DNA of 64,000 nt from Dehalococcoidia bacterium. GTDB lineage: Bacteria; Chloroflexota; Dehalococcoidia; Lucifugimonadales; Australimonadaceae. Where the stretch lies: the NCBI GenBank assembly GCA_022449765.1, contig JAKUPZ010000008.1, positions 21,880 through 85,879 on the forward strand, read 5' to 3'. Below the pieces are notes generated by a model. The model saw only the letters and a program-made list of their open reading frames with translations. It did no database searches and had not been told where the DNA came from. Made by a program: the position numbers and the translations under genes. Below, piece after piece: positions 49,656-58,275 of the stretch (the first letter of the stretch is position 1; each line of letters opens with the position of its first letter).

Positions 49656-49687
49656 TGTCACAGCGCTCCTTAGGGAGCGCTGTGACA
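49656..49687 (-). other. Perfect 14-bp stem-loop in the leuA-leuC spacer
   Basis: TGTCACAGCGCTCC-TTAG-GGAGCGCTGTGACA. On the coding (minus) strand no U-tract follows. Confidence 0.6.
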
Positions 49688-49730
49688 TTCCAATATTCTA
49701 TAAAATTTTTAACCCCAGCACATTCCTATT

Positions 49731-51281
49731 CTATACCGCCCCAGCTGCTTCTGGAGCACGAGAAGTATCGCCCATAGCAAGTAGTCTATTCAAGGCATTC
49801 ATGTATGCACGCGCAGATGCAACAATAATATCTGTATCTGCACCTCTCCCAATGTAGGGACGGCCATCTTGCTCAATTCTGATGCTCACTTCTCCTACAG
49901 CATCAATCCCTTCAGTAACGGAATTAACACTAAATTCGGTGAGTTCGTTCTCCACCCCTACAATGCGGTTAATAGTCCTGTACACGGCATCTACCGGCCC
50001 AGTACCTGTAGCCGCATCAACCTTTGCTTCCCCATTTTGGTCTATTAGCTCAACAGTCGCAGTGGCAATTTCATTATTCCCGCAAGTAACTTGAACATGA
50101 CCTAAGGTATATGTCTCGACAACTGAAGTTCTCTCACTCCCCATAAGTGCAATAAGATCTCTGTCAGTTACTTCCCTCTTCTTGTCAGCCAGATCTTTAA
50201 AAGCTTCATGCACTTTGTTTAGTTCGGCTTCAGTAAGCGTATAGCCAAGTTCTTCTAAACGAGACCGTAACCCGTGACGACCACTTAATTTACCTAATAC
50301 AAGCTCGCTCCGAGGTACACCAACGTCCAAGGGGTTAATGATCTCATAGGTGGAACGCTCCTTTAGCACCCCATCTTGATGAATACCTGAGGCATGCCGA
50401 AACGCGTTCCTTCCTATAACTGCTTTGTTAGGCTGAACGGGGAATCCACTTACTTGGCTTACCAATCTACTTGTGGTGTATAGCTGTTCGGTTTCAACCT
50501 CTGAATCTACGCCAAAATAATCAGGCCTAGTACGCAAAGCCATAATAACTTCTTCAATTGCAGTATTGCCTGCACGCTCGCCGATCCCATTTATACAACC
50601 TTCGACTTGACGGGCCCCTGCCTTAACAGCAGCTAAGCTATTTGCAACTGACATTCCTAAATCATCATGGCAATGAACTGAAAGTCGCACTTCGTTACCT
50701 AATTCAGGTACCTGATCTCGTAAAAATGTGATTAGTGAAGCAAATTCCTCAGGAATCGCATAGCCTACTGTGTCTGGGATATTTACAGTGGTGGCGCCAG
50801 CTTCAACTGCTGCTTTAACCATATGAGCAAGAAATTCTCTGTCCGTTCTACTGGAATCCATTGGGGAAAATTCCACGTCATCAGTATGCTTCCGTGCTCT
50901 TGCAACTGCTTTTGCTGCCATCTCAACAACTTCTTCACGATTCTTTCTCAATTGATGCTGAATATGCTGATCTGATGAGGATATGAATACATGGATTCTG
51001 GATCGAGCGGCATCTCTCAACGCTTCACCTGCACGATCGACAGCAGCCTCGTTTGCATGAGCCAATGCCGCTATCACAGGGCCTCGAACTTCTCGCGAAA
51101 TCCGTTGTACAGCCTCAAAATCACCTGGTGAACTTATAGGAAAGCCAGCCTCAATAACATCTACCTTCAACCTTTCAAGTTGCTTGGCAATCTCAACTTT
51201 TTCTTCCACAGTCATTGCAGCACCTGCCGACTGTTCGCCATCTCTAAGTGTTGTATCAAATATTAAAACTCGATCTTCCAT
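49731..51281 (-). CDS. leuA: 2-isopropylmalate synthase
   Basis: FDTTLRDGEQ, HCHDDLGM, and a C-terminal LeuA regulatory domain. Confidence 0.95.
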   Translation of the reverse strand: MEDRVLIFDTTLRDGEQSAGAAMTVEEKVEIAKQLERLKVDVIEAGFPISSPGDFEAVQRISREVRGPVIAALAHANEAAVDRAGEALRDAARSRIHVFISSSDQHIQHQLRKNREEVVEMAAKAVARARKHTDDVEFSPMDSSRTDREFLAHMVKAAVEAGATTVNIPDTVGYAIPEEFASLITFLRDQVPELGNEVRLSVHCHDDLGMSVANSLAAVKAGARQVEGCINGIGERAGNTAIEEVIMALRTRPDYFGVDSEVETEQLYTTSRLVSQVSGFPVQPNKAVIGRNAFRHASGIHQDGVLKERSTYEIINPLDVGVPRSELVLGKLSGRHGLRSRLEELGYTLTEAELNKVHEAFKDLADKKREVTDRDLIALMGSERTSVVETYTLGHVQVTCGNNEIATATVELIDQNGEAKVDAATGTGPVDAVYRTINRIVGVENELTEFSVNSVTEGIDAVGEVSIRIEQDGRPYIGRGADTDIIVASARAYMNALNRLLAMGDTSRAPEAAGAV

Positions 51282-51325
51282 TGGACTCCTCCAAGATTGT
51301 TATGGATTAGTACCCATAACTGCCC

Positions 51326-52321
51326 CTATTTCTTCCCCAGAAAAGACATCATTCCTCGTAACTGTGCCCCAACATCTTCAATTTCATGAGTTTCAGCTGC
51401 CTGGCGCATTGCCTGGAATCGTGGCTGCCCTTCATGGTTTTCTGCAATCCATTCCTTCGCAAAAGTACCGTCTTGAATCTCATTAAGTACTTGCTTCATA
51501 GCTACCCGCGCATGCTCATCAACAACTCGGGGACCTCGGCTATAATCTCCATACTCTGCAGTTTCACTAACCGAATAACGCATGTACTTCATCCCGCCTT
51601 CGTAAAGCAAATCAACAATGAGCTTCAATTCATGCATCACTTCAAAATAAGCAATTTCTGGTTGATATCCAGCCTCTACCAAAACTTCAAATGCATTTGT
51701 TACCAAGCTGGTTACCCCTCCACACAGAACTGTTTGTTCTCCAAATAAGTCAGTTTCGGTTTCTTCCTTAAACGTAGTTTCAACGATTCCTGCTCGCATA
51801 GAACCAATCCCTGCTCCGTAAGAAAGAGCATTATCTAGCGCATTCCCTGAAGCATCTTGGTGAATAGCAACTAATGAAGGTACGCCTTGTCCATCAACAA
51901 AAACTTCACGGACACGGTGCCCTGGAGCTTTGGGAGCAATCATCGATACATCTACGTTTTCCGGTGGTGTAATCTCACCAAAATGAATATTAAATCCATG
52001 CGCAAACATTAATGTTTTTGTACTGTCTAAATTAGGTTCAATCGAGTCTTTATAAACTGAACCTTGGACCGTGTCAGGCACAAGCACCATAATCACATCA
52101 GACGCTTTAGTTACTTCCGCCGGCGAGCTCACTTTCAGGCCTTCAGCCTCAGCCTTAGCACGGCTAGCGCTACCCTCGTGAAGCCCTACCATCACATCTA
52201 CTCCACTGTCTCTCAAATTAAGAGCATGGGCGTGCCCTTGACTCCCGTAACCAATGATCCCAACTTTCTTATTCGTAATCAAACTAGGGTCTGCGTCTTT
52301 TTCGTAATAAATCTTTGCCAT
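51326..52321 (-). CDS. ilvC: Ketol-acid reductoisomerase (class I)
   Basis: [19 protein letters not shown] and ETDLFGEQ. Confidence 0.96.
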   Translation of the reverse strand: MAKIYYEKDADPSLITNKKVGIIGYGSQGHAHALNLRDSGVDVMVGLHEGSASRAKAEAEGLKVSSPAEVTKASDVIMVLVPDTVQGSVYKDSIEPNLDSTKTLMFAHGFNIHFGEITPPENVDVSMIAPKAPGHRVREVFVDGQGVPSLVAIHQDASGNALDNALSYGAGIGSMRAGIVETTFKEETETDLFGEQTVLCGGVTSLVTNAFEVLVEAGYQPEIAYFEVMHELKLIVDLLYEGGMKYMRYSVSETAEYGDYSRGPRVVDEHARVAMKQVLNEIQDGTFAKEWIAENHEGQPRFQAMRQAAETHEIEDVGAQLRGMMSFLGKK

Positions 52322-52357
52322 TTTTACATTCTCCCCATCAATAAATCTTTTTCTAAT

Positions 52358-52939
52358 TCAAGGCACAACATCAGCATCAGGAGCACTATGATCAACCATA
52401 TTAGAAGTTTTCTTAAGCCCCGTAGTGGCTGCACCTCTTGTCATCGCAATTCTTCCTGTTCGCATAGTTTCACGTACACCAAAAGGCTTCAGTGAATTAA
52501 GAAGTAAATCGACTTTACCATCATCTCCAGTAACTTCAATAATCAAAGAATCTTTATCAATATCTACGATATTAGCCCTATACGATTCGGCTATTTTAAT
52601 AATTTCCGCACTGTTACTGCTATCCGATTTAACTTTAATAAACGCTAACTCGCGAACAATTATGCTATCTTCTGAAAGGTCACTAACGCGTATAACGTCA
52701 ATAAGTTTGTATAGTTGCTTTGTTACTTGCTCAACCACCCATTCATCGCCCTCTACTACAAAGGTCATCCTTGAGAGTCCTTCCGACTCACTACGGCCTA
52801 CCGACAGATTAGAAATATTAAAACCTCGACGTGAAAATAAGCCTGCAACACGTGCAAGAACACCAGGTTTATCCGCAACCAAAGCTGAAATAGTATGCCT
52901 TTGTGTATTTCCTGATAAATCCATCATATTATTGCTCAC
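52358..52939 (-). CDS. ilvN: Acetolactate synthase small (regulatory) subunit
   Basis: ACT domain (HTISALVADKPGVLARVAGLFSRRGFNI). The start is ambiguous: 52939, or the ATG at 52927 just after the ilvB stop. Confidence 0.92.
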   Translation of the reverse strand: MSNNMMDLSGNTQRHTISALVADKPGVLARVAGLFSRRGFNISNLSVGRSESEGLSRMTFVVEGDEWVVEQVTKQLYKLIDVIRVSDLSEDSIIVRELAFIKVKSDSSNSAEIIKIAESYRANIVDIDKDSLIIEVTGDDGKVDLLLNSLKPFGVRETMRTGRIAMTRGAATTGLKKTSNMVDHSAPDADVVP

Positions 52940-54614
52940 CCTTTACAGATGAAAGATCTATCATTTCTAAAACACTCTCCCCAGCAGGCACATGAGGATA
53001 AACATTTTCCTCAGCATTCACATGAAAATCGAGAATTGCAGGGCCTTCAAATGACATAGCTTCTCGTAAAGCGGGGATTACCTCTGACTGATTTTCAATT
53101 TTTTTAGCCCAAATACCATACGCTTCAGCCAATTTAACGAAATTAGGATTACCTGAGTAACTGGAAGCCACTCGGAGCCCTCCATAAAAAAGGTCCTGTA
53201 ATTGCCTCACTAGTCCCAAATTATTGTTGTTTAGGATCGCAAATTTTACGGAAATATTATTCTCAACAATTGTCGCTAGTTCAGACATCGTCATTTGGAA
53301 TCCACCGTCTCCCGCGATACTCCAGACTTGACGATCAGGCTTAGCCAAGGCGGCCCCCATAGCACCGGGAACTTCGAATCCCATAGTGCCTAGACCTCCG
53401 GAAGTTATCCACGAATTGGGCTGGTTGAACGCATAATGCTGAGCAGCCCACATTTGATGCTGGCCAACCCCAGTGACAACAATAGCGTCTCCTGAGGTTA
53501 TGTCGCTAAGTGCCTTGATCACATATTGAGGCGAAAGATAGTCCGAATTAATGCTAAGTGGGTGCTCAGCTTTCAGGGTTTCAATTTCATCCAGCCATAA
53601 ACTGTTTGACTTGGCCTCGATCTCACTAGCCAAGGCGTCCATAATTATTTTTGCATCACCTAAGAGAGGAACAGTAACCCTAACATTCTTGCCTATTTCT
53701 GCAGGGTCTATATCAATATGGATCACTTTCGCGTTCGGAGCAAAAGTACTAATCCTTCCAGTAACCCGATCATCAAACCGCATACCCACGCCTATAACAA
53801 GATCTGCTCGTTCAATCGCCCAGTTATTGTATGCAGGGCCATGCATCCCAGGCATTCCCATATTTAACGGGTGATCGCTATGCAGCGCTCCAATACCTAA
53901 CAGTGTACTAATCACAGGGATTTGGGCTTTTTCAGCTACTAGCTTTACCTCAGTAAACGCACCAGAAATAGAGGCCCCATGGCCTACTAACAGCAAAGGC
54001 CTCTCCGCGTCTTTAATTAGCCTTGCGGCACGCTTGATCATCTGTGCATTGACATTTGTACTGATCTTAAATGAACGTAAATTAACAGTTTCTGGGTAAT
54101 GAAAAATACCTTCGTCGGTTAATACGTCACGAGGAACATCTATCAAAACTGGTCCAGGCCTGCCAGAACGAGCTACATGGAAAGCCTCTTTCATAACATT
54201 AGGAATATCATTGACGTGCATGACTAAATAATTATGTTTGGTCACCGGCACCGTAATTCCGGTCGTATCAGTTTCTTGAAAAGCATCACGTCCAATTGCA
54301 GCTCTAGGTACTTGACCAGTAATTGCAACCATTGGCACTGAGTCCATCATTGCCGTAGCTAAAGGCGTAACCAAATTGGTGGCGCCTGGCCCAGAAGTAG
54401 CTACAGCCACACCAACTTTGCCCGACACGCGCGCATATGCATCGGCAGCGTGACCTGCGTTCTGCTCGTGCCGAACAAGAATATGCCGTAATTGTGGGTA
54501 TTCTGGAAGAGTTTGGTAAAAAGGAAGTATTGCCCCGCCAGGCAAACCAAACATAAGGTCTACATTCTCATGAATGAGACTTTCACAAATCATTTGTGCA
54601 CCAGTTAACTGCAA
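52929..54614 (-). CDS. ilvB: Acetolactate synthase large subunit
   Basis: ThDP enzyme motifs (GGLGTMGFEVPGAMGA, GDGGFQM). The TTG start lies 7 nt after AAGGGG. Confidence 0.95.
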   Translation of the reverse strand: MQLTGAQMICESLIHENVDLMFGLPGGAILPFYQTLPEYPQLRHILVRHEQNAGHAADAYARVSGKVGVAVATSGPGATNLVTPLATAMMDSVPMVAITGQVPRAAIGRDAFQETDTTGITVPVTKHNYLVMHVNDIPNVMKEAFHVARSGRPGPVLIDVPRDVLTDEGIFHYPETVNLRSFKISTNVNAQMIKRAARLIKDAERPLLLVGHGASISGAFTEVKLVAEKAQIPVISTLLGIGALHSDHPLNMGMPGMHGPAYNNWAIERADLVIGVGMRFDDRVTGRISTFAPNAKVIHIDIDPAEIGKNVRVTVPLLGDAKIIMDALASEIEAKSNSLWLDEIETLKAEHPLSINSDYLSPQYVIKALSDITSGDAIVVTGVGQHQMWAAQHYAFNQPNSWITSGGLGTMGFEVPGAMGAALAKPDRQVWSIAGDGGFQMTMSELATIVENNISVKFAILNNNNLGLVRQLQDLFYGGLRVASSYSGNPNFVKLAEAYGIWAKKIENQSEVIPALREAMSFEGPAILDFHVNAEENVYPHVPAGESVLEMIDLSSVKGEQ

Positions 54615-54639
54615 ATCAGATACCCCTTAACCCTAAAAC

Positions 54640-54890
54640 CGCGGAAATAAAAAAACCGCCCCTCACGAAGGGACGGATATTGAACCGCGGTACCACCCAA
54701 CTTCCTCGCATTATTCTACGAGGCAGCTTATACGCGATATCGGTGCGCCCGCCAACTCTAGTACATTTTTCAAGTTGGCCACTCAGGGACGAGTTCAGAA
54801 GGCCACGTCATCAAGCTCACACCAAACCTTGACTCGCTTTGACGTACTACTTCCTACTACTTCCCTTCACAGTGGATTTAATATGAAAGC
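54640..54890 (-). promoter_or_regulatory. T-box riboswitch leader, probable Leu specifier (CUC)
   Basis: The minus strand contains the conserved T-box sequence AAGTTGGGTGGTACCGCGG (54703..54685) just 5-prime of the terminator. It also has AGTA motifs and a GAA-CTC-G element (codon at 54793..54791) directly before a helix-closing TCCC that can pair with an upstream GGGA. Confidence 0.85.
54645..54676 (-). terminator. T-box leader terminator hairpin
   Basis: The minus strand reads CCGTCCC-TTCGTGA-GGGGCGG followed by TTTTTTTATTT, about 30 nt upstream of the ilvB start. Confidence 0.85.
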
Positions 54891-54896
54891 CCCGAT

Positions 54897-54925
54897 AGGA
54901 TAACATCAAAGAAGCAGTTTGTCAA
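54897..54925 (-). promoter_or_regulatory. Promoter of the T-box/ilv-leu leader
   Basis: The minus strand reads TTGACA, a 17 nt spacer, then TATCCT. This predicts a leader of about 275 nt. Confidence 0.6.
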
Positions 54926-55013
54926 ACTAATAATTACCCCTTCCAGTAGGTATTGGCCTTGTTAAAAGGGTGTTTTAAAATTAGTTTGGATACTCAAAAT
55001 CTCGCAATCAAGA

Positions 55014-55808
55014 GTGAAAATGCTAACTCGACTACAAAACAGTTTAGACAAAATCTTACTTGAAAAACGAACTGGCTTGATACCTTACGTAACAATAGGC
55101 TTTCCACGGCTAGAAGACACCCTTCAAATCGTTAAGTCTATCGAAGAAGCTGGAGCAGATGCCGTAGAGCTTGGAGTCCCTTACTGTGATCCTGTAGCAG
55201 ATGGCCCTACTATCCAAGCCTCAAGCTATAAAGCATTAAGCCAAGGTATAACCACGACAGCATGCATAAATTTAGTGGGTGAGCTACGCCAAAGTGGTAT
55301 TGAGATCCCCATTATATTTATGGGATATTTTAATCCGATACTAAGCTATGGAATTGAATCTTACGCGGAAGATTGCGCAAATGCTGGAGTGGATGCAGTT
55401 ATAGTGCCCGACTTGCCCCCGGATGAATCAGATGAATTACGTGAAGCGCTACACGCCAATGGATTAGGACTAATATCACTACTTGCGCCTACGAGCCCCA
55501 ATGAACGCATTGCACTGGGCGTACGGATGTCTGATGGGTTCGTTTATTGCGTTAGCATTGCGGGCGTTACAGGGGCGAGATCCGAGCTTCCTAAAGACCT
55601 CAATTCATTTATTGCGCGCGTTAGAAGCTATACAACGCTACCAATTGCAGTCGGGTTCGGTATCGCAGAAAAAAAACATGTTCAAGCAGTCGGTGCTATC
55701 GCAGATATCGCCATTGTCGGAAGCGCTCTTATCAACGTGTTAGACTCCGCTAATGAAGGCGAAATACCAGAAGCTGCAAAAACATTCGTCTCATCTCTGA
55801 TTTCATAA
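55014..55808 (+). CDS. trpA: Tryptophan synthase alpha chain
   Basis: LIPYVTIGFP and ELGVPYCDPVADGPTIQ. The start is GTG at 55014 or ATG at 55020. Confidence 0.93.
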   Translation: MKMLTRLQNSLDKILLEKRTGLIPYVTIGFPRLEDTLQIVKSIEEAGADAVELGVPYCDPVADGPTIQASSYKALSQGITTTACINLVGELRQSGIEIPIIFMGYFNPILSYGIESYAEDCANAGVDAVIVPDLPPDESDELREALHANGLGLISLLAPTSPNERIALGVRMSDGFVYCVSIAGVTGARSELPKDLNSFIARVRSYTTLPIAVGFGIAEKKHVQAVGAIADIAIVGSALINVLDSANEGEIPEAAKTFVSSLIS

Positions 55809-55843
55809 TATCCTCTATATAACTCAAAGTAAGGGAAATTCTC

Positions 55844-56206
55844 ATGCAAACGTTAGGACTACGTGGAGCGACAACTGCAGACAGCAATACTGCATCTGCA
55901 ATTCTTGATGCCACAGAAGAGCTCTTAAGAGAGCTTGTAGCAGTTAACGACCTTGTGGAGGCAGACATTGGTGCGTTATTCTTTAGCGTGACTAATGACC
56001 TCAATGCTGAGTTCCCAGCGAAAGCTGCAAGGTTAAGACTTGGTTGGGAAACAACAGCCTTGATGGACTGCACCGAAATTCCGGTACCTGGCGCTCCGGA
56101 ATCGGTCATTCGGGTCCTAATGCTAATCAATACAACTAAACAAAAAGAAGATTTGCATTACGTCTACCTGAAAGGCGCAACTAAATTGCGTACTCCATCT
56201 AATTAG
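55844..56206 (+). CDS. aroH: Chorismate mutase, AroH class (monofunctional)
   Basis: 120 aa. GLRGATT .. SVTNDLNAEFPAKAAR .. VIRVLM closely parallels the Bacillus AroH pattern. Confidence 0.88.
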   Translation: MQTLGLRGATTADSNTASAILDATEELLRELVAVNDLVEADIGALFFSVTNDLNAEFPAKAARLRLGWETTALMDCTEIPVPGAPESVIRVLMLINTTKQKEDLHYVYLKGATKLRTPSN

Positions 56207-56259
56207 TCGGATTATCGTTAGTAGTCTGGCTTCAAACGAGGTCACCGGAGGAAATTGTA

Positions 56260-57327
56260 GTGGCTCGCTCTATAAGTGATTTACATATTAAACAAATTGA
56301 GGCTTTAATTTCACCTGAACAGCTTCAATCTGAATTCCCAGTTTCTGAGGAAATTGCAACGACAATTGCTTCAGGCCGCGATCAAATCGAGAGTATTCTT
56401 TCAGGTAAAGATCCTAGGCTTCTGGTAATTGTCGGTCCTTGTTCAATCCACGATGAAAAAGCAGCACTTGAGTACGCCTCAAGACTTAAGGGTCTAGCTG
56501 AAAATCTAAATGATCAGATCCTAGTGGTTATGCGGGTCTATTTTGAAAAGCCTAGAACCTCATTGGGATGGAAAGGCCTTATCAATGACCCCAATCTTGA
56601 CGGCTCTTTTGACGTAGCAGGCGGGCTAAGTAGAGCGAGGAAGCTGCTTTTAGAGCTAGCTTCAATGGGCGTCCTAGCGGCAACTGAATTCCTCGACCCT
56701 ATTACACCGCAATATTTCGCAGACCTAGTATCGTGGGCAGCTATTGGTGCACGTACTACCGAAAGTCAAACACACCGCGAAATGGCAAGCGGGTTGAGCA
56801 TGCCAGTTGGTTTCAAAAATGGTACGGATGGTAATTCACAAATAGCAATTGACGCGATGAAAACTGCACGAGCTCCTCATTCATTTCTTGGAATTGATCG
56901 TCAAGGTCAAACCTGCGTCGTACACACAGGTGGGAACCCTTACGGTCACTTGATTCTCCGAGGCGGCACCGGAGGTCCGAATTACTCTGAAACTAGCGTT
57001 AAAGATGTCCAAGCGAAGCTTGAAAATGCCACGCTACCCCATCGAATTATGGTTGATTGCTCTCATGCCAATTCTGAAAAGGATCACAATCGACAACCGA
57101 TTGCATTCCATAATGTTGTAGCGCAACGACTATCTGGAAACCCTGACCTTGTTGGATTGATGGTAGAGAGTCATTTACATGGTGGAAGGCAAGATTTAGG
57201 AAATGATCCTTCGGCTCTTAAATATGGAATCTCTATTACCGACGCCTGTATGAGCTGGGAAGAGACAGAAGAAATGCTAACTCAAGCCCATAAAACACTC
57301 GCAGCCGTACCGGTTGCTCAATCCTGA
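56260..57327 (+). CDS. 3-deoxy-7-phosphoheptulonate (DAHP) synthase, class I
   Basis: GPCSIHD, KPRTSLGWKGLINDP and DCSHANS. The GTG start follows GGAGG. Confidence 0.93.
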   Translation: MARSISDLHIKQIEALISPEQLQSEFPVSEEIATTIASGRDQIESILSGKDPRLLVIVGPCSIHDEKAALEYASRLKGLAENLNDQILVVMRVYFEKPRTSLGWKGLINDPNLDGSFDVAGGLSRARKLLLELASMGVLAATEFLDPITPQYFADLVSWAAIGARTTESQTHREMASGLSMPVGFKNGTDGNSQIAIDAMKTARAPHSFLGIDRQGQTCVVHTGGNPYGHLILRGGTGGPNYSETSVKDVQAKLENATLPHRIMVDCSHANSEKDHNRQPIAFHNVVAQRLSGNPDLVGLMVESHLHGGRQDLGNDPSALKYGISITDACMSWEETEEMLTQAHKTLAAVPVAQS

Positions 57328-57335
57328 GGGCTTGA

Positions 57336-58268
57336 ATGAATGAGCTTTTGCGAGAGCTCGAACTCTATGCGAAAAAAGAACCCACTGCGGTAGCTTTTGG
57401 TGTCTTCGATGGAGTTCACCTAGGTCACAAGCATGTGTTCAACACTCTACAAAAAGCCGCTGCAAAAAGAGACCTAGTACCGATTGTAGTCACACTCGCG
57501 AATCACCCTCTATCCGTGTTGCGCCCAGAAGTAGAAATACATATGCTTACTTCCTTAGATCAAAGACTTCATTTAATCAAAGATGCTGGTATTGAATACG
57601 TCGTGCCTTTAACTTTTACCAAAGCAATCTCTCAGCTCAGCGCAAAAGATTTTATGCAGACCTTAAAGAACGCATTACACATGGAGCACTTCGTGGCAGG
57701 GCAAGACGTTTCTATCGGCCATAACCGTGCAGGAGATTTAAAAGTACTTACCGAATTAGGGAGTCAAATCGGCTACAGCATTGAAACCGTAGAGCAATTC
57801 AATCTTCACGAACTTCCTGTCCGAAGTACTTCCATACGCAAGGCCTTGAATCAAGGAGACCTAACTACCGTCACTCAGTTACTTGGAAGGCATTTCTCGC
57901 TAATCGGACCTGTAATTCAAGGAGAAGGGATAGGGAAGGAATTACTTGGCTACCCAACTGCAAATATAAATGTTTCTCCCTCCCAGGCAATACCAGCCGA
58001 AGGAATATATGCTACGTGGATTAAATTCAATGATCAGCTTCTACCATCGGCTACGAGTATCGGGAAAAAGCCAACATTTCATACAGACGCGCCATTAACA
58101 GTCGAGACGTTTATACTCGATTTCAAAAGAAATCTCTACGGTGAGCATCTTGAATTAGAATTTGTTGAACGAATTCGAGGTCAAGAGAAATTTAGCACTA
58201 TAGAATTATTAAGTGCAGAAATTGAAAAAGACATTGTAGAGACAAAACGTATCCTCGGAGTATTGTAG
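57336..58268 (+). CDS. ribF: Bifunctional riboflavin kinase / FMN adenylyltransferase
   Basis: GVFDGVHLGH, and the kinase domain GYPTANI .. E..I.DF. Confidence 0.93.
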   Translation: MNELLRELELYAKKEPTAVAFGVFDGVHLGHKHVFNTLQKAAAKRDLVPIVVTLANHPLSVLRPEVEIHMLTSLDQRLHLIKDAGIEYVVPLTFTKAISQLSAKDFMQTLKNALHMEHFVAGQDVSIGHNRAGDLKVLTELGSQIGYSIETVEQFNLHELPVRSTSIRKALNQGDLTTVTQLLGRHFSLIGPVIQGEGIGKELLGYPTANINVSPSQAIPAEGIYATWIKFNDQLLPSATSIGKKPTFHTDAPLTVETFILDFKRNLYGEHLELEFVERIRGQEKFSTIELLSAEIEKDIVETKRILGVL

Positions 58269-58275
58269 AAATAAT

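Noticed and set aside
52425-52952. 175-aa plus-strand ORF antisense to ilvN
   Set aside because: It is Ser/Leu/Thr-rich low-complexity sequence inside a clear ACT-domain ilvN gene, and is a shadow ORF.
55750-56130. 126-aa minus-strand ORF spanning the trpA end and aroH
   Set aside because: It overlaps a well-supported AroH chorismate mutase and the trpA 3-prime end on the other strand. It shows no recognisable motif or SD.
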